From positions 17,389 through 81,388 of the forward strand of contig JAUCBJ010009066.1 of the NCBI GenBank assembly GCA_032718475.1: a DNA stretch of 64,000 nucleotides. The letters are read 5' to 3'. A program made the position numbers and the translations under genes. Positions 1 through 11,200 of this stretch are shown piece by piece. Position 1 is the stretch's first letter, and the number at the start of each line of letters is the position of its first letter. This stretch comes from Nemertoderma westbladi. Taxonomy: Eukaryota; Animalia; Xenacoelomorpha. The notes beneath the pieces were generated by a model. It worked only from the letters and a program-made list of their open reading frames with translations, ran no database searches and was not told the DNA's origin.

Positions 1-330
1 TGTAGTAGAATCTAGTAGAATGTAGTAGAATCTAGTAGAATAGAGTAGAATGTGGTAGAATCTAGTAGAATAGAGTAGAATGTGGTAGAATCTAGTAGAA
101 TAGAGTAGAATGTAGTAGAATCTAGTAGAATAGAGTAGAATGTAGTAGAATCTAGTAGAATAGAGTAGAATGTAGTAGAATCTAGTAGAATAGAGTAGAA
201 TGTGGTCGAATCTAGTAGAATAGAGTAGAATGTAGTAGAATCTAGTAGAATAGAGTAGAATGTAGTAGAATCTAGTAGAATAGAGTAGAATGTAGTAGAA
301 TCTGGTATAATAGAGTAGAATGTAGTGGAG
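1..330. repeat. 10-bp minisatellite in 30-bp trimers (TGTAGTAGAA-TCTAGTAGAA-TAGAGTAGAA), truncated by window start
   Basis: Periodicity directly visible. Confidence 0.95.
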
Positions 331-1623
331 TTTGAGCTAAAGTTATAACGCGGTGGGTATTAACAAATAAAGTTACTTCTCATAATTCGAGATAAATGAG
401 ATAAAAATATCCCACTGGCAGTGACGAGTGACGTCACGATAAAAATAAAAATAATTTTATAAACCCCAATTACTTATGTCGTTAAAAACGACATAAGTAA
501 TTTATTAAGAATTAAAATAATTGGCAGAATAAATAAATTAATAATGCGATATTAAACACCCAAGAAATATCTTCTTATACCATAAAATGTTGAATTGGAT
601 TAAATTACACATAACTGTGGGGCGAGCCACGAACTAAGCTAGCATAGGTAGGTACCGCTGTTTATTACTACAGTTGTCTGTATTGACTCACACAATATTC
701 GGTATAATATGCGAGGGGGACTAGCAGTTCTCTAGTCTCCCGCTAAAGGGCGACTGGCCAACGTAGCACCGGCACGATGAACTTGCTTACTCCGTTATGG
801 GCGAAGGAAGGGCTCGCGAACCTGTTCATAACTGTTTAATGGTATTAGGTAGAGTTCAAACGGGATCCCGGCGTAGAAATGTTGAATGAAGTTGCAACGA
901 AACATAAAGTTTTAATTAACTATCCAACAATCAAGTAAATTTATTTTAATATAATTTTATTTTACTAATATTTCACCGGGGTGAAATAAAGTCAAAAGAA
1001 ATAGAGAAATAAAACTCAAACCCGTATTACTTAAACACGGCCACATTATTATATACTGAAAACTTCCCAAAGTACAATCCGGGAGATCCCAAAGAAGTCT
1101 GATCCCTATTACACACTAGTATTGGGGTTTATTTAGGATATAGTAAAGTTGTTTTTTTCGTTTATATATTTACTTTATCTACGGATTGGTATAAGTTAAT
1201 ATTCTACAAATTTATGAGGTATTACAGTTTTGCTGTATTAAATAAATAACTTACTTTTATATCTGTTTGCTTCGAATTAATTAGATCAATAATGAAATAC
1301 AGAAAATCAAAATTATATTATTAATTATCATATTTTTTTATAATTATTATTACAAATTACAGTGAAAATATCACAATTATATATTTTTTAATTAAACGAA
1401 AGGAAACAAAAAATATTCACGAAAGGAAACAAAAAATATTCACTTTCGTTTCGTTTCGTTTCGTTTTGTCGTTTCGTTTTATTTTTTTTTGTATTATTTA
1501 ATTTTTATCGATTTCGTATGCAAAATATTTATCCAAAAAGAGTAAGATAAATTTAAATATATATTGAGTCCTGCAGAAAGAACAATCATGGGCGCCCAAG
1601 GGACGATAAAATGTAAACAATGT

Positions 1624-2234
1624 CTAAATCGGTCTAACCTGATTTCGTAAATTAGCCCTCATGTTTTGGTAATTATTTATCCCAGTCTCTTCCCCGCCTC
1701 GAGTAGGTGATGTCACACCGTTGCTAAGAGACTGCGGATTGTTTACCACCGTGTTCGTCCAACCGGAGCTCTTGGGCCAGTTAGTGGGGGAAGGGCCGCC
1801 GAAGTGAAGCGGTCTATTTACCAGTTTCGATCCGGTAAGTTTCATCTGAAACCCGTTCCGGAATCTGTTACTACTGCTTGTTCCATCTCCGACCGCTTGG
1901 GGCGTCTTAAAGTTAGGCCGATGTGGATCGATAACAGTCCGTCTAGGAGTCGTGGTTGGGGTAATAAGGTTAGGCAACAACGGCGAGCCAGTGAACACGT
2001 TGTATTTGACAGAAGAGCCAGGGCGCTGTGTGGAGTTCGGCAATTGCGGTCCAATAAACGGCGTTTGTTTCTGGGAGGGAGAATTCGACATCTCAGGGCC
2101 AATGAATGGTTCGCGTTTTATAGAAGAATTAGGCAACGGCATGCTATTTGAGCCAATCACTGACGGGCTTCTTGAGACGCCGTTTGGTTTTAGGGGATTG
2201 GTGGGGGTTGAGAGTGGGGGGTTCTTATTGATAC
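1624..2234 (-). CDS. USP coding exon 7 (Pro/Ser/Thr/Asn-rich, probably disordered tail)
   Basis: AACTTAG|GT acceptor matches phase 1; open to TAG at 1624; contains two PFIGP motifs. Confidence 0.8.
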
Positions 2235-5200
2235 CTAAGTTAATGGAGAAAGTAAAGATCAAACATTATTGTTTTTATACAAATATTGAATAAATTATGT
2301 TCATTTAATCAGCTGTCTCTGGATATAAACAACTCTTGAAAATGAACGAAATAAATGACTCGCCGCAGACAAGAATCTAACAAGTGGTCGCCCAATTACC
2401 ACTCAGTCATGGCCGACCAATCACTGAGGTCAGCACACTCTGTGTGATTAATTTATTATTGTATTTTGGGTAAATGAGTGGGTTTCCTATTATTATGACT
2501 TGAGTGACTTGTCTTTCGTTGGGCACAGCTTAGCAAAGTCTGCAATGACGTCCAGGTGGGATCGAACTAGTGACCTGGCATACCGTAGACAAGGCAAAAG
2601 GCCGCTAGCGGTATGGCTATTGGTTATAGTTATAGCGCCAGATTTCCAACATGAAGGTCACTAGTTCGATCCCACCTGGGCGCCATTACCGACTTTGCAA
2701 AGCTGTGCCTAACGAAAGTCATAATAAATTGATTGATTTGTAACACACAATAACAATTAACAAACATTGTTGGTTGATACTAGGGATGCGACAGCGGAGC
2801 CGGAGCCGGAGCTCTGTCGCATCCCTAGTTGACACTATTAAATTAATTAGTATCATAAACTCACCGTTTTGTATGTTGTGTATTTGGTGGCTATTGTTGT
2901 TGCTAACGGCAACAGGACCACTGCGCTGACGAAGGTAGAATAACACGTACGCCCCCTGGTGTTGTTTTAATGCCTCCAAACGAGATATTCCTGTAGCCTA
3001 AAGGGATAAAAAATATTTACTTAAAAAACAATTGTTTTAAGGGGGGGGGGGGGGGGGGGGGGGGGGTAATATTTCAGTTGCTATGACATTGTAATTCAAG
3101 CTAGCCAATCAGTTTTTAGAACGAAATCAGTAACGTAGAGCCAAACCAGAATGTACAGCCAAATCAGTATAAAGAGCCAAATCAGTACGTAGAGCCAAAT
3201 CAGTAAGTAGAGCCAAATCATTTATGTAGAGCCAAATCAGTATGTAGAGCCAAATCAGTAATGTAGAGCCAAATCAGTTGTAGAGCCAAATCAGTAAGTA
3301 GAGCTAAATCAGTAAGATAGAGCCAAATCAGTATCTAGAGCCAAATCTGTACCTAGAGCCAAATCAGTATGTAGAGCCAAATCAGTTTGTAGAGCCAAAT
3401 CAGTGTAGAGCCAAATCATAGTAGAGCCAAATCAGTATGTAGAGCCAAATCAGTAAGTAGAGCCAAATCAGTAACGTAGAGCCAAATCAGTAAGATAGAG
3501 CCAAATCAGTAAGATAGAGCCAAATCAGTAAGTAGAGCAAAATCAGTAAGTAGAGCCAAATCAGTAATGTAGAGCCAAATCAGTAATGTAGAGCCAAATC
3601 AGTAAGATAGAGCCAAATCAGTAAGATAGAGCCAAATCAGTAAGATAGAGCCAAATCAGTAAGATAGAGCCAAATCAGTAAGATAGAGCCAAATCAGTAA
3701 GATAGAGCCAAATCAGTAAGATAGAGCCAAATCAGTAAGATAGAGCCAAATCAGTAAGATAGAGCCAAATCAGTAAGATAGAGCCAAATCAGTTTGTAGA
3801 GCCAAATCAGTAAGTAGAGCCAAATCAGTAAGTAGAGCCAAATCATGTAATGTAGAGCCAAATCAGTAATGTAGAGCCAAATCAGTAAGATAGAGCCAAA
3901 TCAGTAAGATAGAGCCAAATCAGTAAGATAGAGCCAAATCAGTAAGATAGAGCCAAATCAGTAAGTAGAGCCAAATCAGTTTGTAGAGCCAAATCAGTTT
4001 GTAGAGCCAAATCAGTAAGATAGAGCCAAATCAGTAAGTAGAGCCAAATCAGTAAGATAGAGCCAAATCAGTAAGATAGAGCCAAATCAGTAAGATAGAG
4101 CCAAATCAGTAAGTAGAGCCAAATCAGTAAGATAGAGCCAAATCAGTAATGTAGAGCCAAATCAGTAAGATAGAGCCAAATCAGTAAGATAGAGCCAAAT
4201 CAGTAAGATAGAGCCAAATCAGTAAGATAGAGCCAAATCAGTAAGATAGAGCCAAATCAGTAAGATAGAGCCAAATCAGTTTGTAGAGCCAAATCAGTTG
4301 TAGAGCCAAATCAGTTTGTAGAGCCAAATCAGTAAGTAGAGCTAAATCAGTTGTAGAACCAAATCAGTTTGTAGAGCCAAATCAGTAAGTAGAGCTAAAT
4401 CAGTAATATAGAGCCAAATCAGTTTGTAGAGCCAAATCAGTAAGTAGAGCTAAATCAGTAGTAGAGCTAAATCAGTAATATAGAGCCAAATCAGTTTGTA
4501 GAGCCAAATCTGTACCTAGAGCCAAATCAGTATGTAGAGCCAAATCAGTTTGTAGAGCCAAATCTGTACCTAGAGCCAAATCAGTATGTAGAGCCAAATC
4601 AGTATGTAGAGCCAAATCAGTATGTAGAGCCAAATCAGTAAGTAGAGCCAAATCAGTAAGTAGAGCTAAATCAGTAACGTAGAGCCAAATCAGTATGTAG
4701 AGTCAAATCAGTATGTAGAGCCAAATCAGTACGTAGAGCCAAATCAGTTTGTAGAGCAAAATCAGTGTAGAGCCAAATCAATAGGTAAAGCCAAATCAGT
4801 AAGGTAGAGCCAAATCAGTAAGATAGAGCCAAATCAGTAAGATAGAGCCAAATCAGTAAGATAGAGCCAAATCAGTAAGATAGAGCCAAATCAGTAAGAT
4901 AGAGCCAAATCAGTAAGATAGAGCCAAATCAGTAAGATAGAGCCAAATCAGTAAGATAGAGCCAAATCAGTAAGATAGAGCCAAATCAGTAAGATAGAGC
5001 CAAATCAGTAAGATAGAGCCAAATCAGTAAGATAGAGCCAAATCAGTAAGATAGAGCCAAATCAGTAAGATAGAGCCAAATCAGTAAGATAGAGCCAAAT
5101 CAGTAAGATAGAGCCAAATCAGTAAGATAGAGCCAAATCAGTAAGTAGAGCCAAATCAGTAAGATAGAGCCAAATCAGTAAGATAGAGCCAAATCAGTAA

Positions 5201-8200
5201 GATAGAGCCAAATCAGTAAGATAGAGCCAAATCAGTAAGATAGAGCCAAATCAGTAAGATAGAGCCAAATCAGTAAGATAGAGCCAAATCAGTAAGATAG
5301 AGCCAAATCAGTTTGTAGAGCCAAATCAGTTTGTAGAGCCAAATCAGTTTGTAGAGCCAAATCAGTTTGTAGAGCCAAATCAGTAAGTAGAGCTAAATCA
5401 GTTGTAGAACCAAATCAGTTTGTAGAGCCAAATCAGTAAGTAGAGCTAAATCAGTAATATAGAGCCAAATCAGTAAGTAGAGCCAAATCAGTAAGATAGA
5501 GCCAAATCAGTAAGATAGAGCCAAATCAGTAAGATAGAGCCAAATCAGTAAGATAGAGCCAAATCAGTAAGATAGAGCCAAATCAGTTTGTAGAGCCAAA
5601 TCAGTTTGTAGAGCCAAATCAGTTTGTAGAGCCAAATCAGTAAGTAGAGCTAAATCAGTTGTAGAACCAAATCAGTTTGTAGAGCCAAATCAGTAAGTAG
5701 AGCTAAATCAGTAATATAGAGCCAAATCAGTTTGTAGAGCCAAATCAGTAAGTAGAGCTAAATCAGTTGTAGAGCCAAATCAGTAAGTAGAGCTAAATCA
5801 GTAAGATAGAGCCAAATCAGTATCTAGAGCCAAATCTGTACCTAGAGCCAAATCAGTATGTAGAGCCAAATCAGTATGTAGAGCCAAATCAGTAAGTAGA
5901 GCCAAATCAGTAACGTAGAGCCAAATCAGTATGTAGAGTCAAATCAGTATGTAGAGCCAAATCAGTACGTAGAGCCAAATCAGTTTGTAGAGCCAAATCA
6001 GTGTAGAGCCAAATCAATAGGTAAAGCCAAATCAGTAAGGTAGAGCCAAATCAGTAAGATAGAGCCAAATCAGTAAGATAGAGCCAAATCAGTAAGATAG
6101 AGCCAAATCAGTATAGATAGAGCCAAATCAGTAAGATAGAGCCAAATCAGTAGGATAGAGCCAAATCAGTTTGTAGAGCCAAATCAGTAAGATAGAGCCA
6201 AATCAGTAAGATAGAGCCAAATCAGTAAGATAGAGCCAAATCAGTAAGATAGAGCCAAATCAGTAAGATAGAGCCAAATCAGTAAGATAGAGCCAAATCA
6301 GTAAGATAGAGCCAAATCAGTAAGATAGAGCCAAATCAGTAAGATAGAGCCAAATCAGTAATATAGAGCCAAATCAGTAAGATAGAGCCAAATCAGTAAG
6401 GTAGAGCCAAATCAGTAAGATAGAGCCAAATCAGTAAGATAGAGCCAAATCAGTAAGATAGAGCCAAATCAGTTTGTAGAGCCAAATCAGTGTAGAGCCA
6501 AATCAATAGGTAAAGCCAAATCAGTAAGGTAGAGCCAAATCAGTAAGATAGAGCCAAATCAGTAAGATAGAGCCAAATCAGTAAGATAGAGCCAAATCAG
6601 TAAGATAGAGCCAAATCAGTAAGATAGAGCCAAATCAGTAAGATAGAGCCAAATCAGTAGGATAGAGCCAAATCAGTTTGTAGAGCCAAATCAGTAAGAT
6701 AGAGCCAAATCAGTAAGATAGAGCCAAATCAGTAAGATAGAGCCAAATCAGTAAGATAGAGCCAAATCAGTAAGATAGAGCCAAATCAGTAAGATAGAGC
6801 CAAATCAGTAAGATAGAGCCAAATCAGTAAGATAGAGCCAAATCAGTAAGATAGAGCCAAATCAGTAATGTAGAGCCAAATCAGTAAGTAGAGCCAAATC
6901 AGTAAGATAGAGCCAAATCAGTAATATAGAGCCAAATCAGTAAGATAGAGCCAAATCAGTAAGGTAGAGCCAAATCAGTAAGATAGAGCCAAATCAGTAA
7001 GATAGAGCCAAATCAATAAGATAGAGCCAAATCAGTAAGATAGAGCCAAATCAGTAAGATAGAGCCAAATCAGTTTGTAGAGCCAAATCAGTTGTAGAAC
7101 CAAATCAGTTTGTAGAGCCAAATCAGTAAGTAGAGCTAAATCAGTTGTAGAGCCAAATCAGTAAGTAGAGCTAAATCAGTTTGTAGAGCCAAATCAGTAA
7201 GTAGAGCCAAATCAGTAAGTAGAGCCAAATCCGTATGTAGAGCCAAATCAGTAAGTAGAGCCAAATCAGTATGTAGAGCCAAATCAGTAAGTAGAGCCAA
7301 ATCAGTAAGATAGAGCCAAATCAGTTTGTAGAGCCAAATCAGTAAGATAGAGCCAAATCAGTAAGATAGAGCCAAATCAGTAAGATAGAGCCAAATCAGT
7401 AAGATAGAGCCAAATCAGTAAGATAGAGCCAAATCAGTAAGATAGAGCCAAATCAGTAAGATAGAGCCAAATCAGTAAGATAGAGCCAAATCAGTAAGAT
7501 AGAGCCAAATCAGTAAGATAGAGCCAAATCAGTAAGATAGAGCCAAATCAGTTTGTAGAGCCAAATCAGTTGTAGAGCCAAATCAGTTTGTAGAGCCAAA
7601 TCAGTAAGTAGAGCCAAATCAGTAATGTAGAGCCAAATCAGTTATGTAGAGCCAAATCAGTAAGATAGAGCCAAATCAGTAAGATAGAGCCAAATCAGTA
7701 AGATAGAGCCAAATCAGTAAGATAGAGCCAAATCAGTAAGTAGAGCCAAATCAGTTGTAGAGCCAAATCAGTAAGTAGAGCTAAATCAGTTAGTAGAGCC
7801 AAATCAGTAATGTAGAGCCAAATCAGTAATGTAGAGCCAAATCAGTAAGATAGAGCCAAATCAGTAAGTAGAGCCAAATCAGTAAGATAGAGCCAAATCA
7901 GTAAGATAGAGCCAAATCAGTAAGTAGAACCAAATCAGTTTGTAGAGCCAAATCAGTTTGTAGAGCCAAATCAGTGTAGAGCCAAATCAGTAGGTAGAGC
8001 CAAATCAGTAAGGTAGAGCCAAATCAGTAAGATAGAGCCAAATCAGTAAGTAGAGCCAAATCAGTAAGATAGAGCCAAATCAGTTTGTAGAGCCAAATCA
8101 GTAAGTAGAGCCAAATCAGTATGTAGAGCCAAATCAGTATGATAGAGCCAAATCAGTAAGATAGAGCCAAATCAGTAAGATAGAGCCAAATCAGTAAGAT

Positions 8201-11200
8201 AGAGCCAAATCAGTAAGATAGAGCCAAATCAGTTTGTAGAGCCAAATCAGTTGTAGAGCCAAATCAGTTTGTAGAGCCAAATCAGTAAGTAGAGCTAAAT
8301 CAGTTGTAGAACCAAATCAGTTTGTAGAGCCAAATCAGTAAGTAGAGCTAAATCAGTAATGTAGAGCCAAATCAGTTTGTAGAGCCAAATCAGTTTGTAG
8401 AGCCAAATCAGTAAGTAGAGCTAAATCAGTAATATAGAGCCAAATCAGTTTGTAGAGCCAAATCTGTACCTAGAGCCAAATCAGTATGTAGAGCCAAATC
8501 AGTTTGTAGAGCCAAATCTGTACCTAGAGCCAAATCAGTATGTAGAGCCAAATCAGTATGTAGAGCCAAATCAGTAAGTAGAGCCAAATCAGTAACGTAG
8601 AGCCAAATCAGTATGTAGAGTCAAATCAGTATGTAGAGCCAAATCAGTACGTAGAGCCAAATCAGTTTGTAGAGCAAAATCAGTGTAGAGCCAAATCAAT
8701 AGGTAAAGCCAAATCAGTAAGGTAGAGCCAAATCAGTAAGATAGAGCCAAATCAGTAAGATAGAGCCAAATCAGTAAGATAGAGCCAAATCAGTAAGATA
8801 GAGCCAAATCAGTAAGATAGAGCCAAATCAGTAAGATAGAGCCAAATCAGCAAGATAGAGCCAAATCAGTAAGATAGAGCCAAATCAGTAAGATAGAGCC
8901 AAATCAGTAAGATAGAGCCAAATCAGTAAGATAGAGCCAAATCAGTAAGATAGAGCCAAATCAGTAAGATAGAGCCAAATCAGTAAGATAGAGCCAAATC
9001 AGTAAGATAGAGCCAAATCAGTAAGATAGAGCCAAATCAGTAAGTAGAGCCAAATCAGTAAGATAGAGCCAAAACAGTAAGATAGAGCCAAATCAGTAAG
9101 ATAGAGCCAAATCAGTAAGATAGAGCCAAATCAGTAAGATAGAGCCAAATCAGTAAGATAGAGCCAAATCAGTAAGATAGAGCCAAATCAGTAAGATAGA
9201 GCCAAATCAGTTTGTAGAGCCAAATCAGTTTGTAGAGCCAAATCAGTTTGTAGAGCCAAATCAGTTTGTAGAGCCAAATCAGTAAGTAGAGCTAAATCAG
9301 TTGTAGAACCAAATCAGTTTGTAGAGCCAAATCAGTAAGTAGAGCTAAATCAGTAATATAGAGCCAAATCAGTAAGTAGAGCCAAATCAGTAAGATAGAG
9401 CCAAATCAGTAAGATAGAGCCAAATCAGTAAGATAGAGCCAAATCAGTAAGATAGAGCCAAATCAGTAAGATAGAGCCAAATCAGTTTGTAGAGCCAAAT
9501 CAGTTTGTAGAGCCAAATCAGTTTGTAGAGCCAAATCAGTAAGTAGAGCTAAATCAGTTGTAGAACCAAATCAGTTTGTAGAGCCAAATCAGTAAGTAGA
9601 GCTAAATCAGTAATATAGAGCCAAATCAGTTTGTAGAGCCAAATCAGTAAGTAGAGCTAAATCAGTTGTAGAGCCAAATCAGTAAGTAGAGCTAAATCAG
9701 TAAGATAGAGCCAAATCAGTATCTAGAGCCAAATCTGTACCTAGAGCCAAATCAGTATGTAGAGCCAAATCAGTATGTAGAGCCAAATCAGTAAGTAGAG
9801 CCAAATCAGTAACGTAGAGCCAAATCAGTATGTAGAGTCAAATCAGTATGTAGAGCCAAATCAGTACGTAGAGCCAAATCAGTTTGTAGAGCCAAATCAG
9901 TGTAGAGCCAAATCAATAGGTAAAGCCAAATCAGTAAGGTAGAGCCAAATCAGTAAGATAGAGCCAAATCAGTAAGATAGAGCCAAATCAGTAAGATAGA
10001 GCCAAATCAGTAAGATAGAGCCAAATCAGTAAGATATAGCCAAATCAGTAAGATAGAGCCAAATCAGTAGGATAGAGCCAAATCAGTTTGTAGAGCCAAA
10101 TCAGTAAGATAGAGCCAAATCAGTAAGATAGAGCCAAATCAGTAAGATAGAGCCAAATCAGTAAGATAGAGCCAAATCAGTAAGATAGAGCCAAATCAGT
10201 AAGATAGAGCCAAATCAGTAAGATAGAGCCAAATCAGTAAGATAGAGCCAAATCAGTAAGATAGAGCCAAATCAGTAATATAGAGCCAAATCAGTAAGAT
10301 AGAGCCAAATCAGTAAGGTAGAGCCAAATCAGTAAGATAGAGCCAAATCAGTAAGATAGAGCCAAATCAGTAAGATAGAGCCAAATCAGTTTGTAGAGCC
10401 AAATCAGTGTAGAGCCAAATCAATAGGTAAAGCCAAATCAGTAAGGTAGAGCCAAATCAGTAAGATAGAGCCAAATCAGTAAGATAGAGCCAAATCAGTA
10501 AGATAGAGCCAAATCAGTAAGATAGAGCCAAATCAGTAAGATAGAGCCAAATCAGTAAGATAGAGCCAAATCAGTAGGATAGAGCCAAATCAGTTTGTAG
10601 AGCCAAATCAGTAAGATAGAGCCAAATCAGTAAGATAGAGCCAAATCAGTAAGATAGAGCCAAATCAGTAAGATAGAGCCAAATCAGTAAGATAGAGCCA
10701 AATCAGTAAGATAGAGCCAAATCAGTAAGATAGAGCCAAATCAGTAAGATAGAGCCAAATCAGTAAGATAGAGCCAAATCAGTAATGTAGAGCCAAATCA
10801 GTAAGTAGAGCCAAATCAGTAAGATAGAGCCAAATCAGTAATATAGAGCCAAATCAGTAAGATAGAGCCAAATCAGTAAGGTAGAGCCAAATCAGTAAGA
10901 TAGAGCCAAATCAGTAAGATAGAGCCAAATCAATAAGATAGAGCCAAATCAGTAAGATAGAGCCAAATCAGTAAGATAGAGCCAAATCAGTTTGTAGAGC
11001 CAAATCAGTTGTAGAACCAAATCAGTTTGTAGAGCCAAATCAGTAAGTAGAGCTAAATCAGTTGTAGAGCCAAATCAGTAAGTAGAGCTAAATCAGTTTG
11101 TAGAGCCAAATCAGTAAGTAGAGCCAAATCAGTAAGTAGAGCCAAATCCGTATGTAGAGCCAAATCAGTAAGTAGAGCTAAATCAGTTGTAGAGCCAAAT

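Noticed and set aside
1-330. Telomeric repeat
   Set aside because: 10/30-bp unit does not match TTAGGG-type repeats; ordinary minisatellite.
1804-2293. Plus-strand ORFs of 113-115 aa
   Set aside because: Antisense shadows of USP exon 7, with non-ATG starts and no motifs.
2600-2685. tRNA gene
   Set aside because: B-box-like motif present but no convincing cloverleaf, and it continues into a body sequence shared with other copies, as expected for a SINE.
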